Below, in pieces: positions 1 to 9,500 of a stretch of 64,000 nt of DNA. The position numbers were made by a program, and so were the translations under genes. The DNA comes from Andalucia godoyi And28 (Eukaryota; Protista; Jakobida): the NCBI GenBank assembly GCA_009859145.1, contig VRVR01000043.1:20721-84720 (forward strand), given 5' to 3'. Each line of letters begins with the position of its first letter. Positions within the stretch are counted from its first letter, which is position 1. A model generated the notes under the pieces. That model searched no databases. It was not told where the DNA came from and was given only the letters and a program-made list of their open reading frames with translations.

Positions 1-753
1 AACTCTCTTACACCAATTGAGCAAAGCCAGCTGATCGAAGCCGCTGGATTTGAAATCGGTCGTTGCGACTCCATGGAGATTCGGCAGAGAATGGTTGACC
101 ATTTCTCGAAAATCGACTTTCGCTTGGCGTGTGGAGTGGCAGAATTGACAGGGGCAGCGCCGCCGACCACAGACAGCTCTACGACGCCTCGATACCTTGC
201 CCCGGAAGTTTCGATGGAGCGGGGCGCGAACCATCAGACAATCCGCTCGACCAAAATCGCTGTGCTGTGCGCACATGGATTTGATGGAGTGCAATACTAC
301 GAGTGTCTCCGGAGAATGCACAACCATGAAGGGGCCGTGGTCGAGCTTGTTGCGCCCTACGGCGGAGTGATCCGCAGCGTTGGGGGAGACGGCGTCGCCG
401 CCGCAAAGACTCTTAAAACGGCTTCTGGTGTGCTGTATGACGCGGTGTACGTACCAGGGGGAAGAGGAAGCGTGGACTCTCTCCTGAAGCTGCGGGAAGC
501 TGTGCGATTTCTGGACGACATGTATGTCCATGGAAAGCCCATTTGTGCGTCGAACGAGGGAGTGGATCTTCTTGCGATCTCCAGATGCGGTCGATTTGCA
601 AAGCTGGCAGACGCGCATTTGCTGGTGGACAAGGGTGTCGTGACAACGCGAAATGTCATGAAGGATCGCTCAGAATTTCTCGACGCTTGCGTCGCTGCCG
701 GAAAACAAATTCGATTTTGGGATGTCCGCAAAGACGACGTTGCAATTCCTTAA
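1..753 (+). CDS. katE: Large-subunit (HPII/KatE-type) catalase, 3' part with C-terminal DJ-1/GATase1-like domain; 5'-truncated by window
   Basis: Frame is open from base 1 (NSLTPIEQSQLIEAAGFEIGRCDSMEIRQRMVDHFSKIDFRLACGVA), matching the catalase C-terminal helical region. It is followed by KIAVL...LYDAVYVPGG...HGKPI, the flavodoxin-like domain typical of clade-2 catalases. Confidence 0.85.
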   Translation, partial: NSLTPIEQSQLIEAAGFEIGRCDSMEIRQRMVDHFSKIDFRLACGVAELTGAAPPTTDSSTTPRYLAPEVSMERGANHQTIRSTKIAVLCAHGFDGVQYYECLRRMHNHEGAVVELVAPYGGVIRSVGGDGVAAAKTLKTASGVLYDAVYVPGGRGSVDSLLKLREAVRFLDDMYVHGKPICASNEGVDLLAISRCGRFAKLADAHLLVDKGVVTTRNVMKDRSEFLDACVAAGKQIRFWDVRKDDVAIP

Positions 754-913
754 TCCATCGTTTTCGTAATAAGAGAAGAAGAATGAACCGGGAATGTAAA
801 ACGCGTTCACTAGCATATATCCCACATCCACAACATCCAAAGTATCGTTTCATTTTAAATTTCAACTTCAATTTCATTCTTTTTTTTTCTCCCGCCTTTT
901 ATCCGTGATCGTA

Positions 914-1312
914 TCAAGCGAAGCAAAGCAGGACCCAAGCAGCCATCATGCACATGCCACCCTTTGGTGCCAGTGCAGCGGAAGAAAACGGCAGCAGCGG
1001 CCTCTGTCGCTCAGCCGCACGATCGTACAACGAGCCACAGAACAGCAGCGTTCCTATGCCCATCAGATATCCGGACGCAACAGCAATGTTTGGGCGCTTG
1101 CACATCGAAGACGCAGCATAGATTGAGGTTATCATCATTCCCGAAGAGTGAAGCGCGTGAAACAGGTTTGCGGTGTCCCACATTTTCGAAAAATGCGCAT
1201 CACTGGACTTTGGCTGTACCACATGAGATCCGTATGCTGCAAGCCCCACCACCGAGCCCATGGACAAGGCTCCGATGCGAAACAACGCCGTATTCATTTC
1301 TTTACCCTCCAA
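914..1312 (-). CDS. TMEM256: TMEM256/DUF423 family small membrane protein
   Basis: GLAAYGSH, WDTANLFHALHS, GTLLFCGSLY and APKGGMCMMAAW motifs; four hydrophobic segments. Start may be at the second Met. Confidence 0.85.
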   Translation of the reverse strand: MEGKEMNTALFRIGALSMGSVVGLAAYGSHVVQPKSSDAHFSKMWDTANLFHALHSSGMMITSIYAASSMCKRPNIAVASGYLMGIGTLLFCGSLYDRAAERQRPLLPFSSAALAPKGGMCMMAAWVLLCFA

Positions 1313-1610
1313 GGGGAAGGAAAAAAACGCTTTTCGCTCACGTCTGAGGAAACCGATCTATGTATTTCCTCACTGCGCCGCTGCTTGCTTGGGTCAGCCC
1401 GCGCGACACGTGACGCCTTTTTCGAAAAGCATGCTCAAGTACTGCTGCGGACCTCAAGTCTTTCGCCGCCCGAAAACGAAAACGAAAAGCCTGACGCTCC
1501 CTTCTTTCTTTTTGTTTTTCTTTTTTCAAGACTGTTGCTTATTATTATGATCGTTGATTGTTCCGTTTTTACTCTTGTTTAATCGTTGATAAGAGATTTA
1601 TGCATCGCTA

Positions 1611-2633
1611 ATGTCAAATCAGGTGATTGGCTCGTGGTGGTTTTGGTTCTACTATCATGCGATTCCTGTAGGAGGCGTCATTCCGGAGGACGCGAAACGG
1701 CAAGTTTTGCCCGGTCGGCAGTCGTTTCTTGGGTCATTTCTCACGTTTCTGCCTCGTCGAACGTTGGATCTTCATTTCGCAGCTGGGGAGCTGCATGTTT
1801 TGGTGTTCTTTCCGGACTGCGGCCTTGGACTGTCCTCGTTTGCAAGGGAATTGGCCAATTCCCTCAAGACATCTGCGCTCATTGCAGCCAACCAAAATCG
1901 GATTCACGGTGTGGTAAACTGCGCTTCTTTGCAGGAGTTCGACAATGCAACAAAACTGCTTCCTTCCGGGGTCCAGTTGTGGGCCGACGTTGGTGGAAGG
2001 CTTGCGAAATCATTCGGTGTGAAGCCGTTGTTGGAGACTGTAGACATTCGATCGATGCTCTCCAACAGTAGTTTGCAGAGTGCTGAGGACACCGCTGCAA
2101 AATCTATGAGCGAACAAGTACAGCCTTGCGTGTTTTTTATCAAGAATCAGCAAATCGTCAAGTCGCCATCGCATCAACCGAAATTTCAGGGAATTAGCAT
2201 CCCTACGATCAAAGAAACGCTCGAATTCTGCGTGAACAGTGCCAAATTGGACATCGCGAAAATGACAGATGCAGCGTCGTATGGGTCGCCGCTTTCTGAA
2301 CAGGACATTCGAACACGCTTTCCAGAGGCCTGGAGTGATTTTCTGACAAACTGTGCCGATCTTCCTCCCCATCTGCGCAATTCAGAGACCCATAAAACCA
2401 AGGCCAAGACCAAAGCGACAACAGCAACAACAACAACAACAACGACGACAGGGATATCAAAAGAATCGACGGCTGCAAAGCAGAGGACAAAGCCAAGTAA
2501 GACCAAATCGTCTTCCGCCTCTGAGACGTCTCCTCTGCAGGACAGAAAAGCAACAAGCGCAGCTGGTAGTGTGCCCAAGCGGCCAAAGCGATTTACTCCA
2601 CCGCAGGCGCCAAAGATTCGATCTCGATTATGA
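1611..2633 (+). CDS. Hypothetical protein with possible thioredoxin-fold (AhpC/TSA, PRXL2-like) N-terminal domain and low-complexity Thr/Ser/Lys tail
   Basis: 340-aa ORF. LVFFPDCG, LWADVGGRLAKSFGV and PCVFFIKNQQIV resemble redoxin-like elements. ctaat...cag at 1608-1622 could be an intron acceptor, so the true 5' end is uncertain. Confidence 0.45.
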   Translation: MSNQVIGSWWFWFYYHAIPVGGVIPEDAKRQVLPGRQSFLGSFLTFLPRRTLDLHFAAGELHVLVFFPDCGLGLSSFARELANSLKTSALIAANQNRIHGVVNCASLQEFDNATKLLPSGVQLWADVGGRLAKSFGVKPLLETVDIRSMLSNSSLQSAEDTAAKSMSEQVQPCVFFIKNQQIVKSPSHQPKFQGISIPTIKETLEFCVNSAKLDIAKMTDAASYGSPLSEQDIRTRFPEAWSDFLTNCADLPPHLRNSETHKTKAKTKATTATTTTTTTTGISKESTAAKQRTKPSKTKSSSASETSPLQDRKATSAAGSVPKRPKRFTPPQAPKIRSRL

Positions 2634-5399
2634 ACGATCTTCTAAAGAATGGTCGGCAATCCGTTTGGAGCTGCGTGCCAGCGAGGCATGCACAAAGGAG
2701 ATAATTCGCGTTGCCAGCTGGGAAGCTTCCAGTGCTTCGTTCATGGCCATCATGGGCATTGCGGTACTTGCTCTGCTTCGCTGAAGAATCTCGTCATGTG
2801 CTGCTCGGAGATGGTACAGCACTTCCTGTTTTGCATCGCGAGAGCAAAATGGATCCTTCGCAGGCGGTATCGAAGGACTCGGGGTCTGCAGTTTCTGCGG
2901 GAGGAAAAACGTCACTCGTTTTCCCTCTGGGATTTGCGAGCATTCACCCTCTGCAGCATGCGTGTGTCCTTGATTGTGGTGGTGGTGCTGGTGCTGGTGA
3001 TGTTGTGCAGACAAGATTGCCAGTCGAATCCGCTTTCCAACGGGCGATGTAAAGGATTCCATGCCCTCCATTTGCTCTCGTTTCTTATGAGGAGACTCGG
3101 AAGTCCTCCTGCAGCCAACCGGCGAGGCAACAGACCTTGTGATCCCTTTTCCCCTGATTCGCGCATCTGGAGTGCTGTTGTCTGGTCTTTTCGCAGCGAT
3201 GATTGACGTTTCCAGCCACAATCGGGATAAATACTCTTTGCATTCTTCCAGAAAATCAAATCTACAACAAACTGCCTCTATTCTGGTCAATACAGCCTCC
3301 TCCGGACTGTTCTTGCTCAGGTGAAGCGCAACAGTACCGACAAACTTGTCCCATAGCTCCTTGATTTGCGATTCAAGCACCCCGAAGCAGTTACCGGCAA
3401 ACGCGATGGCCGTGCACGTCACAAACGCATCGAAACAGATACCACCGGCGTCCAACACATCGGTGGTGGAAATCTTTGCGTCCAGAATTTCAAATACCTC
3501 TTGAGAAAAGCGGGACATTGCGTCCGCTGGCCCTCCAAACAAAACCTTGATGTTCTGCAATGCAAATCTCGACATCTCAAGAATTCTTTCCAAAATGATG
3601 CGAGGATCTTCGATACTTTGTCGGAAACAGAGAATCCCTACTTTCAACACGGACAACAGATGAGGGCCGGAAAAAGGGGTCGTGCTATCCAGACGACAAC
3701 TCGCAAACATTGCTGCATACATCGGCTCCAACAACGCCGCATCTGTCCGATTTTCATAGACCCATTGGGATAGGTGCAAACCCGCAGTTGGATGGGACAT
3801 GAACAGGCGACACATCCGATACACATTGCATATCAAGGGAGCATACGAAAATGGAAGCCGTGCAGTGACGAACGAGCTCTCAGACACAATTTGCCGGATG
3901 AGGGCAAGTGCCACTGGAAACTGCAGTTCAACACTTTCTGCATCCAGATTCTCCACGCTCGCAGAATTCTCGAGTTCTTTCAAAAGCTGCACGGAAATCG
4001 GATTGATGTCCTCCGCGAAGACCGATTTAACCCAAGCGGCGAGCTCCTCCTTCAGCACGCCATTGCCGCCGACCAGAGCGTCATGAGCGACATCCAACGC
4101 AGAGACATCCAAGCAGCTGGAAAACACATGCGATATCTTGGAGAAGCATTCATACGCAACCCGTCTGACTTGAGCTTCGTCAAAGTTCTTGAAAGCATAT
4201 TGCAGAGGCTTCAAAAGCCGCGACAATATCTTGTGCCGCGAATGCTCCTGTCCGCTTTGAGATCCCCATTCATGCACGTGCTCTCGGAACGCGACAAAAT
4301 CGATGTATGCAGTCCAAACGTACTGCAAAAGCATGCAGCGAACCGAGATCGTATCAATATGGATGAGTGATTCCTGGAACAGGACGAGCATCGGATTGAG
4401 AACCGTCGAGACGGAAAGGGTGGAGCTTACGTTCAGAAGGAACGACAGACTCATGATCACGTATTCCAGAATAGGAGGAGGAAGCGTCCCCTGCGCACTT
4501 TCTGCTTCCTCTGCCATCATCTTGAATCGATCAAACACTGCGCGGAGAGCCTCGAGAAGACTGCTGGACTCCGCGCACGAAAAGAGATCTATACTGTGTA
4601 GAAATCGATGCGAACATATTCTGGCGATGGACAAGGCAGCCTTTTCCGTGTTTCCAACCTCGCCTTGGCGAACGGCCGAGAAGCAAATCCGAAAAACAAC
4701 GAGCAGGACACTCGGAAACGCCGAAACGGATGAAAACAGAGAATTATCATGGCCGCTCTTATTGCTGCTGCTGCTGCTGCTGTTTTGGGCAACCAATCGA
4801 TGGAGGCTCCGCAGACACTGTTGAAATGAAGCAGACTGAAGCGTGTCTGGAAATGCGTGTTTTCGAAACGATTCCAAAAAATAAGTGCAAACGCAAGAAA
4901 TCAAGGAAGCCACGCAGGACTGTGGTGATATTTGCGCCAGGTCCAGCCTTTGTTCCGCGATCACAAACATCACAATATTGTGCACAATCGACGAACAATA
5001 CGAGCTGTTCAGAAGCGAGACAAACAGATTGAGGATTCTGGAGGACAGATCTGCAGGAAACGAGATGGCAAGCTCGCGATAAGACAGCAAGAATCCTAGC
5101 GTCCGTAGCGCAAAGACGAACACAATCTCCCAATCGGCAGAGACCGAATACTCGTTGAGAAACCGATCCAGCGACACAATTAAGAGGATCTTTTCAGCCA
5201 GGCATTTCCAGACCGTCGGCTCAATCTCTTCCGAACGGACAAGATCAAACAGCGACAGCCGTGTCTCCGCACTGATCGCACGCAGCTGGCTTTGGACATT
5301 GGACAGCAAGTCGACAAGTTGCTCAATGTCGCCATCTTCCGGCGCTCTCAGCAGATCTCGGATCGAATGTACAAGCCCGGACTTGTCAATCTCGCTCAT
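2628..5399 (-). CDS. HEAT/ARM-repeat protein, possibly Rif1-like (923 aa from ATG 5399)
   Basis: Long Leu-rich helical ORF. LLKPLQYAFKNFDEAQVRRVAYECF resembles Rif1 N-terminal HEAT repeats. KRVTF (RVxF) motif at 2907-2921. The ORF-track extension to 5516 runs through a microsatellite and is not credible. Confidence 0.55.
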   Translation of the reverse strand: MSEIDKSGLVHSIRDLLRAPEDGDIEQLVDLLSNVQSQLRAISAETRLSLFDLVRSEEIEPTVWKCLAEKILLIVSLDRFLNEYSVSADWEIVFVFALRTLGFLLSYRELAISFPADLSSRILNLFVSLLNSSYCSSIVHNIVMFVIAEQRLDLAQISPQSCVASLISCVCTYFLESFRKHAFPDTLQSASFQQCLRSLHRLVAQNSSSSSSNKSGHDNSLFSSVSAFPSVLLVVFRICFSAVRQGEVGNTEKAALSIARICSHRFLHSIDLFSCAESSSLLEALRAVFDRFKMMAEEAESAQGTLPPPILEYVIMSLSFLLNVSSTLSVSTVLNPMLVLFQESLIHIDTISVRCMLLQYVWTAYIDFVAFREHVHEWGSQSGQEHSRHKILSRLLKPLQYAFKNFDEAQVRRVAYECFSKISHVFSSCLDVSALDVAHDALVGGNGVLKEELAAWVKSVFAEDINPISVQLLKELENSASVENLDAESVELQFPVALALIRQIVSESSFVTARLPFSYAPLICNVYRMCRLFMSHPTAGLHLSQWVYENRTDAALLEPMYAAMFASCRLDSTTPFSGPHLLSVLKVGILCFRQSIEDPRIILERILEMSRFALQNIKVLFGGPADAMSRFSQEVFEILDAKISTTDVLDAGGICFDAFVTCTAIAFAGNCFGVLESQIKELWDKFVGTVALHLSKNSPEEAVLTRIEAVCCRFDFLEECKEYLSRLWLETSIIAAKRPDNSTPDARIRGKGITRSVASPVGCRRTSESPHKKREQMEGMESFTSPVGKRIRLAILSAQHHQHQHHHHNQGHTHAAEGECSQIPEGKRVTFFLPQKLQTPSPSIPPAKDPFCSRDAKQEVLYHLRAAHDEILQRSRASTAMPMMAMNEALEASQLATRIISFVHASLARSSKRIADHSLEDRS

Positions 5400-5411
5400 T
5401 CCTACGTGAAG

Positions 5412-5478
<67 letters not shown>

Positions 5479-5482
5479 GAGA
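5412..5482. repeat. Compound microsatellite (TA)8(TG)10(AG)12+
   Basis: Read directly; lies in the divergent promoter about 12 bp upstream of ATG 5399. Confidence 0.95.
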
Positions 5483-5706
5483 CTGTCTGTGCGAAGGAAA
5501 CGGGAAACATAGACAACAGACAAGGATCACAATAGAGAAAAAACGGAGAGAAAATGGCGGCTGTTTCATGTTTGAGTCATCGTAGTGAAAGGAGCCGAAA
5601 TTCCCGACGACTTCGTGCTGCACCTTGCATCGCTCCACGGCGCGTGGTGTTGTGTGGACCGTGAAGTGCGGATGTGCGGATGTGCGGATGTGCGTCTGGA
5701 GACAAG

Positions 5707-6441
5707 ATGGAGCCGTTCGAAGTGCTTCGAGCGCTGTCTCGACTGTGCAGATTGTCTGGTGCTCCATGCTCGCTCTTCGATCTCACGACGTCGCTGTTAC
5801 CAGACTGCATACAGTCAGCTCATGACCGCCGACTGGTGCTCAAATGTCTCGAAAGCCTGCAGTCGACGAATCTTGTCCAGCGGGCGGATGGCCTTGCCGT
5901 CGAGCAGCAGCTCGGGCGATGGGAAGTTACAGATTCCGGGTGGGAAACACTCGAAACGAACCTGCGTGAGCTGAAGGTCTCGGAAATCGCTCGGACAGCT
6001 CGAGAGCGGCAGGCTGCCCAACAACAACAACAAAATTGTAATTACAATGGCGACGGCGTACGACCTGCATTGTATACAAGATTCGAAAAAGAAGTTGCGG
6101 AATCGATTGTGATACTGGATTTGGATCACAATCACGGACGAGTGGAAGATCTGCTGTCTGAAATCCAGTGCAATCCGAAATTGCATGTGTTTGTGTGCGT
6201 TTCGCGAGGGTACTCGTACAAGCGACCCGTCCATCCTCAGTGGCACTATGTGGCATGCGAGGCCCATGGATTTGAGAGCGAGTCCGATGTTCGAATGATG
6301 GTTTTCATCGGGGGGAAACTTGCAGACGGCTCCTGGGAGACCGTTCGCAACATTCGAATCGTATCAAAAGACCGCATATTCGCGCCGCTTGTTCCTATTT
6401 TGAAAGAGCATTTGCCAAACGTGACGTGCACGTTGGAGTGA
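5707..6441 (+). CDS. Hypothetical protein: N-terminal winged-helix-like region plus C-terminal PIN/NYN-like domain
   Basis: 244 aa from ATG 5707. IVILDLDH...ESDVRMMVFIGG...IRIVSKDRIFAPL resembles the acidic motifs of PIN-like folds. A poly-Q linker precedes it. Confidence 0.5.
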   Translation: MEPFEVLRALSRLCRLSGAPCSLFDLTTSLLPDCIQSAHDRRLVLKCLESLQSTNLVQRADGLAVEQQLGRWEVTDSGWETLETNLRELKVSEIARTARERQAAQQQQQNCNYNGDGVRPALYTRFEKEVAESIVILDLDHNHGRVEDLLSEIQCNPKLHVFVCVSRGYSYKRPVHPQWHYVACEAHGFESESDVRMMVFIGGKLADGSWETVRNIRIVSKDRIFAPLVPILKEHLPNVTCTLE

Positions 6442-6556
6442 GAGATCAGATGCCGCTAAGAAAGAAGAAATACATAAACATAATTTAAGCCAGCTTCAAT
6501 ACAACGGGTGGTGGTGTCAACATTCAAAATAGCCAAACAGGGAAAGCCGTACCGGA

Positions 6557-9500
6557 TCAGGCGGAAGGCGGCGGAACAATGGCAGCCAATCGCTCGCGTA
6601 TCTCATGGATTACAAGGTCCACGTCCGAAGCACCTTTCAGCTCCGTCTCCCGCGTCTTTTGCCACTCCGCAGAAAGCGATGACAGCTTCTCATCGACAGC
6701 GCAAAGCTTGACAAACAATGGCGAACGGCGCAACAAATCGAACAACTGCTCCTCCGGAGGCAGCTGGAAGAACTTGGTCACCGTGTCCATGGATTGCGGA
6801 GGCGACATCAAAACCGTGGAAGTAACTGCAGATCGAGGAAGCAGTTGCTTGTTGGACAACGAACGTTGAAGCAGCGATGGCCGTGCATCGCCAGCATCAG
6901 ATCTGACGGTGCCAGAAGACGCAGCATCAGCAGGCTTTGCAGCGACTGTGCGCTTCAATTTGCTAACCGCCAACATCACTGTCGACTGCTGCTTCTGCAA
7001 TTTCGAGTGCCACTCCTTTTCAGCCTCGTGCTCCAACCTTCGGCGAGAAGCTTCCCTTTCGCGCTCAAGAGCTTTCTCCATAGCAACCTTTTCGTCCATT
7101 TCCTTCTGCCGCTTCGTACGCTTTCGATCCTGTTTTTCAGACAGTTTCTTTCGCAGCGCGTCCTCTTGCTTTGCTCGTTCAACATCCAGCGCAGAAACAA
7201 GAGTATTGATTTCCTTTGCGTGATTCTCCAGAAGTTCCTTTCGCTGCTGCTCCTGCAATTCTCCCTGAAGTGCCAATTCCTCGGCTTTCTCCTTCTCCTT
7301 CTGCAATCGCAGTTGCTCCATGGCCAACTGACGGCGCCTTCGTTCGTCTTCAATTCCCTTTTCCATTCGTGCCCTTTCCGCGTCAAGCTCGGCATCAAGA
7401 GCCGCCATTTCGCGCTGCATCGTTTCCTTCTGCTCATTCTCGATGCGTTGCCTTTCGGCTGCTGCCGCCAATCTCATCTCGTCGCGCTCTCGCTCCAGGC
7501 TCTTCTGCAAGATCTCAATCTCTGATGCTCGCTTCGCAGCTTCGGCTTCTTTCACCTTTCGCTGATGTTCCTGCTGCTGCAAAAACTGTTCCTCCATCTG
7601 AGCCAGAGGGTCGCGGACCATGGACACTGCATCTGTGATTTCCTTGCTATGACGTTGACGGAGCGCAAGGCGCTCTTCAGCATGCTGCATCTCGAGCCAC
7701 TGTCGTGCTGCCGCTTGCTTCTCCGACCGGACTTGCGCATCATCGTGCAACTTTGCAATTTCGTTCAAACGAGACTGGATTTGTGCATCTTGCTCCGATG
7801 CAAGGTCCTCCATTTCGCGTGCATGTCGGCGAGCGAGCATTGCCCGAATGACCTCACGAGCCTTATCCTCCGGAATCTTTCCCGCAGCGATCGCATCCAT
7901 CAATGCTTGTTTTTCAAGTGCCAGCGACGTCTCCGCAGCATGCTTCTTCTGCAGCATCTCCTGTTTCTTCTTCTTCTTTTCTTCGAGCTTCTTCTGAAGA
8001 TCTGCCTTCTGCCGATCCTCTTCAGCACCGATCGAAGAAGCAACACGCGCTGCTTCCGCCTCGTGCTCTGCCATCATCGTTGCAAGCTCTGCTTGCTGTG
8101 CCTTCACAAGCTCCGGGTCTGCAACAGTGGCAGCTGAGATTGCATCGCGCTTTGCTTGAGCAAGCTTTTTGCGCTCCTCTCGCGCAGCAGCATCCCTGCT
8201 CTCCTTTTCACGCCGGGCTTTCTCCAGAGCTTCCTCCTCCTCTTTGTCCTTCGCCAAGCGATGACGCTCCGCTTCTTCCGTTGCGCGCTTCTTGGCGTCT
8301 GCTCGAGCTTTTCTCGCAGACATCTTCTCAGAAATGACAGTTCTTTGTCTGTCCTTTTCCTCGTCCAACGAAGACTCCAGGCGCTTTGCTTCCTCTTCGT
8401 ACGCCTTCATAATTCGATGCTTCTCTGCATCGCTCGTTTCCGCAGTCAATTGCTGCTCCATTTCTCGACGAGCTTTCGCCAGTTCTGTGCGTTTCTGGGA
8501 TTCCAAAGATTCCTCGGATTTGCGCTTCAACTCGATTTCCAATTTCTTGAATTCCTCATCGGCGAGTGCTTGCTGCTGCTTTGATTTGCCTTCGGACGCC
8601 TTCTTCTTCGCATTCAAGCGCAGTGAAATCGCATCCTTCTGCTTCTGTCTCTCCAAATCGAGTTGTTCCTCAAGCCGGTTCACGTTTGCCGAGTGTTCGG
8701 ACAGAAGTCTTGCCTTTTCATCTTCGTTGGCAGCATCTCTCAACTGCGAATCAAGCACCTCCTTCTGTCGCGCGATTTCAGCAGACTTGTGTTTCTCAAG
8801 TCGAAGCAACGCCGCTTGCTCCTCTTCACGTGCCGCAAGAGCGGCTAGCACATTGCTCTCTTTTCCGGCATCCTTCTTCTTTGAAGGTGTGTTCTGGACC
8901 TGCGCAGCGCGTTTAGAAAGCTTTTCCTTCATCTTCAGCATCTGCTTCTCACGCTCTAGATCAAGTTCCGACTCGAGAGAGGCCACGGTGTCCTCGTACT
9001 CTCGCATTATTCTCTCCTTCTCATCCGCAGACGACACTGTCGCAACCTTCTTTTCCATTGCAGTACGAGCAGCGCCGATTTGGCTGTCCATTGCGACAGA
9101 TAGCTCACGAGTAACAGAACCATTGACAACGGCATTCATCATTGAAAACCGCGCCTTTTCCTGGCGATCTCTCAACTCTGCCTTCTTTCGAGCTAACCGC
9201 TCTGCCAGCTTAGCCTCTTGACGAGCTTTCTCCACATCGAGTTGATCATCCAATGCAGCGACGGCACGGACATACTCGTCCATGATTCTTCTCTTCTCGG
9301 CCTCGCTGTCGGCGCCTGCAAGAGACTCCTGCATCTTGCTTTGGGCGTGTTGCAATTTTGCACGGCGATCAACCTCCAACTGCGCTTGAATAGTAGCAAT
9401 TCCGGCAGTCTCTTCCGCTCTTAGTGACGCGCCAATGACTTGCTCGGCCATTCGTTGATCATCTCTTTCCAAAGCTTCAATTTGCGCCAAAACATTGTCG

